From IMG/VR virus record IMGVR_UViG_3300003320_000410, positions 6,937-70,936 of that record: a stretch of DNA of 64,000 nucleotides. The stretch is one strand, 5' to 3'. Shown in pieces: positions 27,709 through 39,700 of this stretch; positions within the stretch are counted from its first letter, which is position 1, and every line of letters begins with the position of its first letter. The translations under genes and the position numbers were made by a program. The DNA is from a virus. Below the pieces are notes generated by a model, which searched no databases, was not told the DNA's origin, and saw nothing but the letters and a program-made list of their open reading frames with translations.

Positions 27709-28800
27709 CTATAGAAATTTTTCATCTTTTAACATTTTGGCTGCTTGTAATCTGGCCTGAACATTTTTATAAATACTTCCATACGAAGCAGGACGAAAAT
27801 TCATATCAAGAAAATTGTCATTTTTTAAATAACCCTTCTCCTTATAAGACTGTATCATTTTACGAACATTCCCAGCCCCCCCGTTATATGCAGCCAATAA
27901 AAAAAAGTCTCTTTGTCTAGGTGTCAAAATAATATTATTTTTAGATAAATAATTATCTAAATCATCACCTGCTGCTCGTAAAACAGCACTTTTAGCCATC
28001 AATGCATCAGCATCGGTCTTGAAGGCAGCCGCATTTAACTTCTCTCCTTTTTCGTTTTCGGCATAGAACTTAGTAAATCTATCTGAAAATCCTTTTGGCA
28101 AATAGCCCTTCTTTTCCAAGGCAGCGGCCTGATCTGCAAACATGTCAAGGCCATAGTTATAGAATGAATCGACCGGATATTCAGCAGCTTTTTCTTTATT
28201 TTTTTCTGACCAATTTACATAGGCTTCACTAGCATTATCTGAGTATTTGGGGTCTACAGCGCCAGACATACCCTCTTCCATTGCAGAACCATACAATAAT
28301 GCAGGGTCAATTTTGTTGAATTGTGCAGCTTGCGTAACTGCATCCCTAACTTTGCCACCTGCTATAGGAAATTCGTTGTCCAATTTATTACCCCAGTTAT
28401 ATCGTCCTTGTTCTCTTAAATAAGGATTGGATGCATATTTTACTTTTAACTGATCGGCGGTGGGATGTACTGTCGGTGGGGTGGTGCCGGGTGTTGTTGT
28501 CGGAGGGGCAGTAGCTGGGATGCCTAAATATCTCTCCATATCTGTTCCAAAATCAATTGATCCTTTTTTGAATTCCGGGTACTTCATGGAGTTACCACTT
28601 AAATAAGAGTCGGGCAATCCTTGTTTGGCGTACGATAATTGCTCGGGTGTTAGATTACCGAAACTATTACCATTCTTGAATTGAGATATTTCATACTGAG
28701 CATGTGGGGCCAATTCAGGCGGGGCATTATTATTCCAATCCGTTCTTTGTTGAACTGATAAAGGAGTATAGTTTTCTGGTTGTAATAGTTCGTCTGTCAT
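27709..28800 (-). CDS. Virion-associated lytic transglycosylase (SLT-like)
   Basis: IDPALLYGSAMEEG, YGL and LAAYNGG lysozyme-fold motifs; follows ejection proteins. Confidence 0.7.
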   Translation of the reverse strand: MTDELLQPENYTPLSVQQRTDWNNNAPPELAPHAQYEISQFKNGNSFGNLTPEQLSYAKQGLPDSYLSGNSMKYPEFKKGSIDFGTDMERYLGIPATAPPTTTPGTTPPTVHPTADQLKVKYASNPYLREQGRYNWGNKLDNEFPIAGGKVRDAVTQAAQFNKIDPALLYGSAMEEGMSGAVDPKYSDNASEAYVNWSEKNKEKAAEYPVDSFYNYGLDMFADQAAALEKKGYLPKGFSDRFTKFYAENEKGEKLNAAAFKTDADALMAKSAVLRAAGDDLDNYLSKNNIILTPRQRDFFLLAAYNGGAGNVRKMIQSYKEKGYLKNDNFLDMNFRPASYGSIYKNVQARLQAAKMLKDEKFL

Positions 28801-31800
28801 CTTCCTGGTGTTATTATGTATTGTTCGCTTGCGCCACCGCCGCCTCCAGAACCGCCGCCTTTAGATTGATATGTCTGTACTCCAACACCAAACATAGAAG
28901 GAATACCCACGCCTAAAGCACTCCCTATTCCACCATCATCGTAAGCGGTTTTTATATCACCCAATACCAACGGTAGATTTTTAGATGCTTCACTGGTAAA
29001 GGTTGCGGGTTGCCCGGTTACATCCGTCCCTTTTAAAATGTCTATCGTTTCGGCAGGTACAGGCGCAAGTTTGCCTCTTAGGAATTGGAATAACACATCG
29101 GCCCTTGTTTGTCCAAATTGCCCCTCTCCTGTTAATTCTTTAATGTTTCCAGATGTAGTTGATTTTTTTTCGCCAGTTATTAGCTGGGCAGCCAATCGCA
29201 CATACTGCTGAAATCCACCCCATATATCCCATCTTGTATTGCCGACTTTTATTTTTCCGAAATCGGAACTACGCGGGTCGTCTTCTACATCCGCCCCTCC
29301 CATCTTTGCCAGTCCTAAGACCATTGTCCCCAATCCTATGAATTTAGCCATGTCTTTAAAATATTGTACCCGCACTTCTCTGGGTACTTTTGAATAGAAT
29401 TTAGGGTTTGCCCAATTCGTCAGCAAATTTAATCGAGAGGCTATCAAACGTGGAGAGAAAAACATAGCATTCAAAATAGGAGCCGATTTTTCCATGACTT
29501 CCGGCATTTTACCCCGCCCTGTTGCGGCTCCTACGTAATCGGCCATAGCTTGGTAAAGTTCAGGGCTATTGTCAAAGGTTTTACCATCGGCCAAAAATGC
29601 GTCTTGTGCCCGCCTAAATATGTCTACCCGCATTTTATTCAAAAATCCTACATATGCCCGTTCAGAGCCTTTTATAAGTTTACCTATTCCCAAGGGTAAT
29701 TTCTCTGCAAAGTTACTCATGAAGGCTTCCTCTTTTGCCGTAAGTTTTGGATCGTGCGGATCAGATAAAGGTAGTCCCACCTTCTGCATAATCTCATAAT
29801 CTGGTGCTTCTTTCAAGTCTGCGAACCATCGGTCGAATACTTTCTGAGAACCCGCCATTTTGAACATCGTAACAAATTGGCTTCCCAAATCTTTTCTCCC
29901 CTTAGAGTCAAACAATTGTTTCGTTACGCCCCATATACCCTGTCTCAGCGGGGCCGAAAAGTCCATAGACGACATTAACGCCCTGGGTGTATTGAGCACT
30001 TCCGCTCCCGTATCTATCAATTTCTGAACTTTGGGACGGTTGGCGTATTGCTGCTTTAATAAACCAATTTCCCGATCTGATTTAGCCTTATTTAAGGCAT
30101 CTCTTGCTTTTACCGCGTCCTTGTATAGATTAGGATATTTTTCTCTTACTTCTGGATTATCCAACAATGGCACCTTTTTTTCATCCGGCCCAAAATCACC
30201 CTTTGCAATTTTTTCTTGCACCTCTTTCAATTCCTTCTTATTCCTATTGATCATGGATTCCAGCCGCTGCCTTGTTTCTGTTTTGGGTTCCGTGTAAAAA
30301 GTATTGGCCTCTTTTTCATCTTTTCGACGTGTACGAATAATATCAGCTATTTGCTTTTTTAAATTCGTTATCTGCTTATTTCGTTCGACCTTCTTTTTTT
30401 CGTTCTTTGGCTCTTCCCCTCTTTGTAGTTGTCCCAACCGGTTCAAAAGAGCGGCTTCATCTTTTAGGTCTCTGGCTTTGGCGGCTAATTCATTTTTGGT
30501 AGCTTTTTTAGGATTGTACTCTCCGGCTATAATATCGTGTACATCCTTTTCCGTAATGCCGGGGAGAATATCCTTTAAATCGGAGTGGATGCTTTTTACG
30601 ACATCCTCCAATTTATCAATACCCTCTTCAAGAAGGCTTTTCATCAACTTACCTACATGCGGCGCAATAGCCGTTAATTGAGCAACACCAGGAACGGAGG
30701 CTGTTAATCCTCCTTCTCCTTTGGCTACTTTTAACAAATCAGCCCGCATGTCCGCCAATATATCTTTCCGCTCTTTTACATAATCAGCATGGGATTTTTT
30801 AGAAACTCCTTTTTTGCTCCCCGATTTTTTAATTTCATTCTGAGCTTTGAGTTTAGCGTTTTCTTCTTCCAAATCTTTAATCTTTGCCTCGTAGTCTGCT
30901 TGCTTTTGTTTAATATCGTCATATTGTGCCTTAACATCTGCTTTTTGCTGGTCTGTTAATTCATCTACTCCCAATGCATCTTTTTCTTGTTGGATATAGT
31001 CCGACAGAGATTCATCATTTAATACGAATAGCCGTCTTGCTCGAAAGGCCGCCCCTTCTTCAGAACCTACTTTATCGCTGGCCCTGGAAAGTAGTTCCCG
31101 CATGTCCTGTAATCGGTCGAACTCAGGATCAGAAATATCCATATGGTTCAACTTCGCTTTTAATGCCCCTACCATTTTTGAAAAAGCTACCTGTTCAGTA
31201 TCCGTAAACCCTTCATCCGTATCCAATACGCGGTGCGCTTTCCCTACAAAATCATATCCTTTTTTAATAAGATCGTCCGCTTCTGATTCTAGCTTAACAT
31301 CGTCTTTAGTAGGTCTTGGCACACGCCTGCTGATTCCCATTTCTTCATAAATCTTTTCCGTATCGGCATGGGCTAATCGGGTTACATCTTGTGGTTCCGG
31401 TTCGAAGGGAAGATCATGCATGTTGGGCGGGATAGACCCTACTTTGCCCCCTTCTTGTTGCTCAGTTTCGCCATCCCCGGATGCAGGCTCCGAAGATGCT
31501 GATATATCATTGCCGCGTGTTTCTTCGCTTCCTTCAGCGGTATCCCCTCCTTCTTGAATTTGTCGCGGATTTTTTCGTACACTTCTGGCATTTTGTTTAA
31601 TTTTTAAGGTTATATCATCAATTGGTATTTCATGTACATGATGGTCTTGCGCTCCTTCTACATAGACAGTTTTCCCGTCTTGGCTTACACTTCTTACTTT
31701 CTGCGGTCCTTCGAAATGGGGGGAAACAACGGTATCGCCCGGCTGAATGGAGTTTTCTTTTTTTACTAACGTAGCCGGCTCCGGAGTCTTGGCATTTAAA

Positions 31801-34235
31801 TAATCTTGGGCAGCCTTTTCATTCCACTGCCTGCCATTTTTTTCATAAGCATCCCACAACATCATATTATTGGAATGATTCACAACAAGGGTACTAGGTG
31901 GTTCATTTTCTAATTCGGTACGCGCCTTTATTACCCGATCCTTATATTCGTTAAAAGATTCATTGATATGCTTTCCTTCAAATTCTTTTTCGTCCGGATG
32001 AGTTACGAAGTATTCTTGCGCCTTTTTAAATTCTTCGTCGCTGGCCTTATCGAAATCTCCAATATCCCATGTATTCAATTCAGGGCGGCTTTCGGTTTTT
32101 GCCCCTGTTTTTTCAGATACAATATGTCCCGTTTCCTTCGCCCGCTCTAAATCGGAAGTAATGATCTTTGTTACCCCTTTATCCTTTACCTCTTCTGCTA
32201 AACTATTCGCATCTTTCTTTCCTTCGGCGGATAAAACATTATCATTGGGGCCGCTCACTTTTCCTTGTTCATCGTCCTTGGTATTGGCATGGCGGGATTC
32301 CAAAAAGCCTTCATTTTCTGTTATATTATCATTTTCATTAATGTTTCCACGTGAAACGTTTGTCTCATTTTGGGAAACTTCTTTAGGCTTTTTATCCCTA
32401 GACAACTCTAAAATGTCATCATTGATAGCCTTGATCTTTTCTTTTATTTCAGTATGAAAGGCTTTGTCTGCGCTTTCTAACTGAAGTTCTAAGTCATCCC
32501 GGCGTTTGATCTTGTCATAAATTTTGGCCCTTGATTCATCGGTTACATTGTCGGGGATAGAAGTAGCCAACATTTTATGCTCTTCTATTTCCTTGGCGGC
32601 TGTTTGGGCTTCATCCGGCGTAATATGTCCTTGTAATATCTGGTTGCCCAATTCTTGGTTTATTTGTTCGGGGGTAGCTTTAGACAGCCCTTCCAATACT
32701 TGTGTCTTAACTCCTTTTGACAAGGCTCCCGTTCCTTTCGCAATAGCCGCCAATCCCAACGTAAATAACGCTCCACTCTCCATTGAATGAGCTATATCTT
32801 CTCCCGATGTATCATGCTGAATACCTTTCATGTCGGCCAGCTTGTTCTTAGCATCCTGAGCAGCACCTTGAATGAGTCCGACGGCCCCGGCTTCCCCTAC
32901 GCCTGTTGCTACTTGTTTTAAGGCCGATTTAAGAGCCGTTTTATACCCCTGCGCCAAACTAAACTTTGGGATCGGCATTTCTCCTATTTTGCCACCCATA
33001 TACATCATAGCGGCTCCTGAAATGGCATCAACGGCAGATTCATCCTTAGCCTGCCCATTAGCTTGCTTGTATGCATCCTCTGGGCTCATCCCCTCGTTAC
33101 GGAGCTGGTTGTAATATTTTTGAAGGGCATTTGCATAGGAGAGCTTTCGGAAGTCATTGCCGGATACGGCAGCAGATACAAACTTATCGGTTGCGGGAGC
33201 GAATTCTTCAGCGCCAGGGACCATAGCGGTTGCTGCACCTACTGCTTTACCAGCAAGCAATCCTTTTAAGGGTTGAGCAGCCATGCCGCCCGTTAATTCA
33301 GAAACAAATCCTTTGGGAACGGGAGTTGGTTCGTCAGGATCATACTCCGCCCTCCTTTTTTCCAATTCTTTTATGGCATCTTCTGGGGCCAGACTAGTGA
33401 AAAGACTATAATCTGCAAATCCTTTATTCTTTTCCTGCAATCCTGTTGCAATACTTTCCCAAGCATCCTCTGGCTTCATTAAATGACCGCCTTGTATATT
33501 GTACGTCAACTTGCCCTTTTCTATCTGTTGGGCATTGTGCAATATTTTGGAAGCGTTTTGTTCTCTATTGGCGGCATCTGCTACATATAAAGAAACTTGT
33601 ATTTGCTTGGCTTTATCTGGCTTTTTGTCGGCTATATTATGTAGAAATCCCCTAGCGGCTTGTTCGTTATTTTGAAGGTTTTGCTGAAACGCTTGTACAT
33701 CTTCAGGTGTTATTTGTACTTGTGGGACCGGAGCTGCTAATTGCTGTGCTGACTGCTGGGCTGCCGTTAATGGCTGATCGGTTTTAGGCTGTTGCGAATA
33801 TTGTAATAAACGTTGTTGTTCAGCGGCGCGCGCTTTTTGCTTGTGAATGATGTCCGGTATAATATCCTGATTGCTTTGAAATTCAGCATTCAGATGTTGG
33901 GCTGCCTTGTCTTGTACAGCTTTTAAATGATCTGCTGTAGTTCCGGGCAGCATTTTAGGCGTAGGACGTGGTATATTGGTTGCTTCGGAAAGAGGCTTTT
34001 GTTGAGGGATATTAGGACTTAGTTTCGGGATAGCGACTGAATATTTTGTCTTAAAATCATCCACCACTTTCTTGATATTCTCTTCCGGCTCTTTATTATC
34101 AATCATCTTTTGAACGATACCGTCTAATTTCTTCCTATTATCTTCAGATAATACAGATTTGGGGCCAGGGCCTTCTTGGTTATCCTGTCCTTCTCCTATT
34201 TCAGGCGCATCCATTATTTCCTGCTCTTCTGCCAT
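28797..34235 (-). CDS. Giant putative ejection/polyvalent protein (1812 aa) with internal histidine-phosphatase domain
   Basis: Size, position after muzzle; RHA, SDLERAKET and LVVNH motifs at about aa 643-800. Confidence 0.75.
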   Translation of the reverse strand: MAEEQEIMDAPEIGEGQDNQEGPGPKSVLSEDNRKKLDGIVQKMIDNKEPEENIKKVVDDFKTKYSVAIPKLSPNIPQQKPLSEATNIPRPTPKMLPGTTADHLKAVQDKAAQHLNAEFQSNQDIIPDIIHKQKARAAEQQRLLQYSQQPKTDQPLTAAQQSAQQLAAPVPQVQITPEDVQAFQQNLQNNEQAARGFLHNIADKKPDKAKQIQVSLYVADAANREQNASKILHNAQQIEKGKLTYNIQGGHLMKPEDAWESIATGLQEKNKGFADYSLFTSLAPEDAIKELEKRRAEYDPDEPTPVPKGFVSELTGGMAAQPLKGLLAGKAVGAATAMVPGAEEFAPATDKFVSAAVSGNDFRKLSYANALQKYYNQLRNEGMSPEDAYKQANGQAKDESAVDAISGAAMMYMGGKIGEMPIPKFSLAQGYKTALKSALKQVATGVGEAGAVGLIQGAAQDAKNKLADMKGIQHDTSGEDIAHSMESGALFTLGLAAIAKGTGALSKGVKTQVLEGLSKATPEQINQELGNQILQGHITPDEAQTAAKEIEEHKMLATSIPDNVTDESRAKIYDKIKRRDDLELQLESADKAFHTEIKEKIKAINDDILELSRDKKPKEVSQNETNVSRGNINENDNITENEGFLESRHANTKDDEQGKVSGPNDNVLSAEGKKDANSLAEEVKDKGVTKIITSDLERAKETGHIVSEKTGAKTESRPELNTWDIGDFDKASDEEFKKAQEYFVTHPDEKEFEGKHINESFNEYKDRVIKARTELENEPPSTLVVNHSNNMMLWDAYEKNGRQWNEKAAQDYLNAKTPEPATLVKKENSIQPGDTVVSPHFEGPQKVRSVSQDGKTVYVEGAQDHHVHEIPIDDITLKIKQNARSVRKNPRQIQEGGDTAEGSEETRGNDISASSEPASGDGETEQQEGGKVGSIPPNMHDLPFEPEPQDVTRLAHADTEKIYEEMGISRRVPRPTKDDVKLESEADDLIKKGYDFVGKAHRVLDTDEGFTDTEQVAFSKMVGALKAKLNHMDISDPEFDRLQDMRELLSRASDKVGSEEGAAFRARRLFVLNDESLSDYIQQEKDALGVDELTDQQKADVKAQYDDIKQKQADYEAKIKDLEEENAKLKAQNEIKKSGSKKGVSKKSHADYVKERKDILADMRADLLKVAKGEGGLTASVPGVAQLTAIAPHVGKLMKSLLEEGIDKLEDVVKSIHSDLKDILPGITEKDVHDIIAGEYNPKKATKNELAAKARDLKDEAALLNRLGQLQRGEEPKNEKKKVERNKQITNLKKQIADIIRTRRKDEKEANTFYTEPKTETRQRLESMINRNKKELKEVQEKIAKGDFGPDEKKVPLLDNPEVREKYPNLYKDAVKARDALNKAKSDREIGLLKQQYANRPKVQKLIDTGAEVLNTPRALMSSMDFSAPLRQGIWGVTKQLFDSKGRKDLGSQFVTMFKMAGSQKVFDRWFADLKEAPDYEIMQKVGLPLSDPHDPKLTAKEEAFMSNFAEKLPLGIGKLIKGSERAYVGFLNKMRVDIFRRAQDAFLADGKTFDNSPELYQAMADYVGAATGRGKMPEVMEKSAPILNAMFFSPRLIASRLNLLTNWANPKFYSKVPREVRVQYFKDMAKFIGLGTMVLGLAKMGGADVEDDPRSSDFGKIKVGNTRWDIWGGFQQYVRLAAQLITGEKKSTTSGNIKELTGEGQFGQTRADVLFQFLRGKLAPVPAETIDILKGTDVTGQPATFTSEASKNLPLVLGDIKTAYDDGGIGSALGVGIPSMFGVGVQTYQSKGGGSGGGGGASEQYIITPGR

Positions 34236-36061
34236 CAGTAGTTATATTTCTTTCTTAAATCCTCTGTATTTCCGGATGAGTTTTGTTTTAGATAAGCGGA
34301 TAGTTTCTCTTTATCTGGAAAAGTAACTTTCTTCGTTTTACCATCTGGTGTTTCTACGGTCAATGCATATTTGTCTCTTCCGAAGAAAGTAGTTACCGTT
34401 CTTACATCAACATCTTTAATGGTCCCGTCCGGCGTTCCTATTCCTTTTAAATCTCCGAAATTATCACTTTTCAGGGCCGTATCTATTTTGTTTTGATGCT
34501 CTTCATTAATACGATCAGAGGCGGCCGTAGGATTACCGGCTTGGGTAAACTTAGCGCCCTTGTACCCCATTTTATCAAGTAGGCCACTGACTTTATTGGG
34601 GTCAATGCCATTAGCTCCGGCAATCCTATTCATGAAGATGCCTATTCTGTTTTCTGGCCATTCTTCCAAGGTGACAGGTTTATTACCAGAAGCATCTTTC
34701 GTTTTGGACTGCTTCTCTACTAGGAGTGCCCGTTTGGTCGGATCATAGTATATGGATTTGAATATCTCTCCTTCGCTTCTACCTGATTTTAAACCACCAC
34801 CGGGAAAATAAGGAGTTACATCAATTACATTCCGACCATTCACGTCTTTTTGTTCTCCTTCCAAATAATCCGGATCATTATTGAAGATATTTCCAATAGA
34901 TTCAAGGGCGTTTGTCTTTACCTGTTTGCCTGATTTTGGAGTTTCTATATAATAATCTCCCTTTAGCTTTGTTGCCTCTTCGTATTTTTGGAGTTTTTTA
35001 AGCATTTCAGGATCACCACCTATATCCACCTTGATAGCCGGAGCTGTTTCTTTTTGTTGATCCACAGTTCTGAAGGTGCTTCTTTTTCTACGTTCCAATT
35101 CATCATGTAATACAGAACGAGCCATAGCGTCCCATTGCGGAGAGCCTTCAGCCGGTAATTGCTTTACGCCTGCTGCCCGGAAATGCGTATTCACTTGTCC
35201 CCTTATGTAATCCGCTATATCGGGATTGTGCTGCATAATGGCATTGAAATAACCTTTATCCAATGCTTGGTAGGGTTGGCCTGTTTCCGGATTGATCATG
35301 GGCTTGTTATCATCTCCTACTATGGGGCTCCCGACAACACCCAAACCTACAGGATTCCCCTGCTGATCTACCGCCACATTCCCATTTTGATCTCTCTGCA
35401 AATCTTCCCAGAATGGATGTTTGGCTTCGTATTTAACGTTTCGAGACCGCCCGGCATACGTCGTGGTGACATTACGGGAATAATCGGCCATCGGGGTTTT
35501 GTTCACAAAGTCATCTAATCCCTTGGATGTAGTGATGGCTTCCGGATTATTTTTAGCCACTTCCGTCACCCAGTTTGTTTCCGGGTCTACGGTTGTAATG
35601 TCTTTTAACTTTCCATCGGGTCCATAAAAGGCGGCTCTTTTGGCCTCTGTTTCTAACGCTTCTGGATTATATCCAGCATATCCTTTTAATTTCGAAATGG
35701 ATTCTTTTATATTTTGATTGATCAGTTTTGCCTTGGTGGAATATTCGTTCAATCGGGATACTTTTGGTCCCAGTGCCATCATAATATCGGGCGTAGATGC
35801 TCCTTGGGCGGCCAATTTTTGCCCTTCCTGTAACACGTCTTGAAATCCCGTTACGATTTGCGGATCGTAGGCAGTCCCGGTCAAATGATCTTTTGGATCA
35901 AGATAATCAGCCAGAAACTTTGATGTAGCGGATTTCCGGCCTTCTGCCTGACGAGCAACGGCATCTTGTTTATCGCTTTGCTCTTTAACTGTATCCGCAA
36001 GTCGATAAAGACCTTCTTGTTTATTTTCTGGCGTAATAAAATTACTTACATCCAATGGCAT
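34235..36061 (-). CDS. Putative ejection (DNA transfer) protein
   Basis: 608 aa between pilot-like and giant proteins. Confidence 0.5.
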   Translation of the reverse strand: MPLDVSNFITPENKQEGLYRLADTVKEQSDKQDAVARQAEGRKSATSKFLADYLDPKDHLTGTAYDPQIVTGFQDVLQEGQKLAAQGASTPDIMMALGPKVSRLNEYSTKAKLINQNIKESISKLKGYAGYNPEALETEAKRAAFYGPDGKLKDITTVDPETNWVTEVAKNNPEAITTSKGLDDFVNKTPMADYSRNVTTTYAGRSRNVKYEAKHPFWEDLQRDQNGNVAVDQQGNPVGLGVVGSPIVGDDNKPMINPETGQPYQALDKGYFNAIMQHNPDIADYIRGQVNTHFRAAGVKQLPAEGSPQWDAMARSVLHDELERRKRSTFRTVDQQKETAPAIKVDIGGDPEMLKKLQKYEEATKLKGDYYIETPKSGKQVKTNALESIGNIFNNDPDYLEGEQKDVNGRNVIDVTPYFPGGGLKSGRSEGEIFKSIYYDPTKRALLVEKQSKTKDASGNKPVTLEEWPENRIGIFMNRIAGANGIDPNKVSGLLDKMGYKGAKFTQAGNPTAASDRINEEHQNKIDTALKSDNFGDLKGIGTPDGTIKDVDVRTVTTFFGRDKYALTVETPDGKTKKVTFPDKEKLSAYLKQNSSGNTEDLRKKYNY

Positions 36062-36072
36062 AGTATATTATT

Positions 36073-36684
36073 TTAAGAACCTCCATAACCCCATGCGGCT
36101 GCTGGTGTTGGTGGCGTAGGTTTGCCGCCTCCAAAGCCTCCCGACAACCCGAAATTAGCAAGGCCGTATCCCATATTGGAAAAACTTTTCCAAGCATTAG
36201 CGGTGTTAGCAGACTGAGCGCCCCTTATTTGTGCCAGATCGTTGAACCGACGTACCTGATCTTGATAAGCCTTATCTCCTTCCTGAATTTCTCCCTCTTC
36301 AGCACCTACATAGTTGCCGTAACGACGCTGGTAATCTTGCGCTTCTTGTTCGCTCAGTTTTTCAAATCCGGCATTCGTATTGGCTTGTGCGGCTGCATTG
36401 GCGGCAAGAGCCTGAGAACTATCTGTAGCATTACGTTCTACACCGGCCATTGTGTTAGCCTGGGAGCCATATATATTTGCTTGGGCGTATGCGGCACCGG
36501 GGGCGCGGGCATTCAAAAGATTTTGCGCTAGGGCTAATCGACTGGCGGCAAGGGGATTTTTTTGATAAACCGGGTCTTGGCTTATCAATTCCTGAAGTCG
36601 TTTATTAGCCCCAAAAGAGCCTATTAGTCCCCCTATGCTTCCCACCACCCCTAAGCCTAGCCCGGCTATCATTGACGGGTCCAT
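36073..36684 (-). CDS. Putative pilot/ejection protein
   Basis: Gly-rich hydrophobic N-terminus, Ala/Gln/Asn-rich helical body. Confidence 0.6.
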   Translation of the reverse strand: MDPSMIAGLGLGVVGSIGGLIGSFGANKRLQELISQDPVYQKNPLAASRLALAQNLLNARAPGAAYAQANIYGSQANTMAGVERNATDSSQALAANAAAQANTNAGFEKLSEQEAQDYQRRYGNYVGAEEGEIQEGDKAYQDQVRRFNDLAQIRGAQSANTANAWKSFSNMGYGLANFGLSGGFGGGKPTPPTPAAAWGYGGS

Positions 36685-36711
36685 ATTATTCTATTTTTTA
36701 AAGTTTTTAAA

Positions 36712-39700
36712 TCATGTTGTATGCCCCAAGCTGATCGAAAATCCGAAGGTAAAAAAGCGGAGCTGCAAAGGTCCTTTTGTCGGATTAAATTGCAACATCG
36801 TTTTCAAAGCTAAGGCTCTCATTTTATTTCCTGTCAGCAATCCGTTAAAATCCATTCCGGTTGCTGTTGGTTGCAATTTGTTCCGATACATCGCCGCATA
36901 CATCTGCCCCTCTTTTATTTCGAAATCAAAATCCGTTAAATCACTAGCCTGCTCTTCCAGATCATATTGTTCAAATTCATCCAAAGAGGGTTCAGTGCGA
37001 AAATAAACTAATGTAGGTCGATAATTTCCTTCTATGGATACGTTGTTATAAACTTTGGGTCTATTCGGAATTTGGTTGCCCAAAAACATAATCTTTGGCG
37101 TTTTGGCTTCTCCGTAATACGTACAGGGGAATACATTGCTATTATGTTCGTATATCTTTCCGGCCTTGAATGAAAATACTTTATTCTGCATCCCCGTCAA
37201 CCATTCAGGCGAAAAACGGTAAACCCCTTGCCAATGATTGGGCTGGGCATTTAATTTATACACCAGCGTTTTCCCCTGTCCGTCCCATATATCGAATGGA
37301 TAAATCATATCGGGATAATCCGGCAAATATCCTTTCGGTGGAGTGGCTAATACTTTTGGAACCGATATTAAAAGCTCCCAGTTATTTGAATCGACACAAG
37401 AAAATATAAATGGACGGCTACCCAATGCTTCAATAACCGATTGTGACATAGACGCATATTGCGCACAGAATAATTTCCAATAACGAGTCATTTTGTAATT
37501 AGAGATAGGGAATAGCCCATTCGCCGAATATTGAATCACCTTTCCATTCAGCACATCCACCCAAAATACGTTCCCCCTGAATTCTACTACCGATTCCGGC
37601 GAAATAGTCCCAAAGTTTCCCTTCAGCACATTTATCGTTCCTATCACTCCACTGGCTTGAGCCAAAAATGCATCTCCCGTAGTGCTCAATACCTGTGTTT
37701 CTCCCATATAAAGAGATGTGGTATCTTTCACGCAAATCCCCAGCATGATAGTTCCTATCTCACCTTCTACCTTAGAGGTTAATTGCAGTTTTTTTAAGGG
37801 GCCACATTCCGGATAAATATCTTTAGTATCCAGCGCATCAAAAGTAGACAACCCATTGTTTTTTGAACCTAGAATAAAAGTATTGCTAAAGGCAATGCTA
37901 CCTGTTTTTGTTACCTGCCCAATGTCGTCGATAAAGTTGGGCCTCCCGGCTGAAGTAAACCAAGGAAAATAAAATTTATCGTTCGGACTCATCCCTTCCG
38001 TAAAGTAATTAGTAGTAGAGTTAGTCCTTGAAAAGATAAACACATCCCCTACAATACTGCCTGTCAGGGCGCTGTATTGTCTGCTATTGGTTCCGGGATT
38101 AAGGACGGGGAATATGTTATTTTCTTCGAAATAGGGTTCGTTCGATTGCCGTTTGTACGGTGTATAAATCTCATAAATTCCTTCCGTGGTGGCCAGAGAA
38201 CCGACATCCATTAATTGGCAGATAATCCATTTACCCGACTCCCCTATGATGGAGAGATTATAAAGTGTCCCATGTATATATGCTTCCACCAAATCTCCTT
38301 CAGAAAAAGAATACCCTTGCGCATGTGAATTTAAAAAGGTAAGATCAATGGCTATCCCTGCCAAATCAGAACTATACGCTGTTGTGGTAAAAGTATAATC
38401 GCCTGATGTATCTTTGTCAGCATAAATAAACACTCCTAAACTTTGCAGGAAAAACCGTGTTCTGAGACATTGGGTAATATTAATCGAATAGTAATACGCC
38501 CAATCCGGTATTTCATTTAAAGCATTTGCATTGCTCAATAGCCAAGTAATAGCTGTTATATAAGTATAAGCACTTAACCCAGTATCCGGAGTAGTAAACA
38601 ATAAAGAAGGATTAGTAAGAATACCGCACTCTCTTCCGTAATTATCTTTGAATGAAATGGATACTTGGTAAGAGGCATTTGATTTAAATGCCGTACCCAC
38701 TACGGAAGAAACGGGTGTTGCCGAACTTATTATGATACTGGCGGCCGATTGATTGATATAATCCGTAGGCGCAATAGCTATCGCACTTCCCCGAAAGCTA
38801 TTCACCATTTGACTGAATGTAGACCCACGGTATACTAAATCGGTAGCATTGACGCTGGGCGGGAAAGGAGGCACTGATCCGCCTGTCCATGTGTACCAAT
38901 ATTGGCCCGTAGGCGGATTGCCGCCAAAATTAGTAGTCGTAAATAACACATAGGCGCTTCCGGAAGCATCCGGCGCGGTGGTGTGATATTTCAACAAAAA
39001 CCAATTCCCGATTATATCGCTCGATGATCCTGAAAATGTTTGAGAAGTTGAAGAAAGAGAAAGAGATGTACTAATAGGTGTGTCGTACCCGATTTTATAA
39101 TTACCTAAGAAAAGCCTGTTTTTAGCTGTCTCTAATGCTTCAGCAGTTAACGGGACGCTATCGAATAATTTGACGCTATAGGCGTCGTCCAGTGGAACAC
39201 CAATCTGGTCATTGTAAAACCGGAATGTCAATGGTGTTGTTCCTGCATTGTGAGCGTTTATTTCAGCCAAATCCGTAGGATTCGACTTCTTCCATGACTT
39301 TATGACAAAGAACTTATTGGTAGCTAAAAACTTTACTACCATGTCTATTTGAATGACATCTTGATCAATTGGCTCTGCCGTTGGTATATTTACATCTATG
39401 CAGTTAAAAGTATCTCCATCAGCATTGTAATCGGCTAATAAGGATTGACCCGATAGAGTAGATATTTCGTATTGCGAATAGCCATACCGGTAGCAAAACT
39501 GTTGAGATGAATTAGCAATAAGATTGGCGAAAACCGTTGGCGTTGTCTGCGTTTGTTTAACTTGGATAGGTGGCAGCCCTGGTTGCCTCCGTATGATAGT
39601 CAAATTTGATTGATCCAGTGGGATAGTATAAGCGGGTACATCTGAAAAGGATGGCCCTCCATTCATTTTTATGCCAGCGTCGATATTGATTCGTCTGGGT

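Noticed and set aside
32050-32075. DIGDFD in the giant protein as an RNA-polymerase DxDxD motif
   Set aside because: Spacing does not match and it lies inside the histidine-phosphatase signature.
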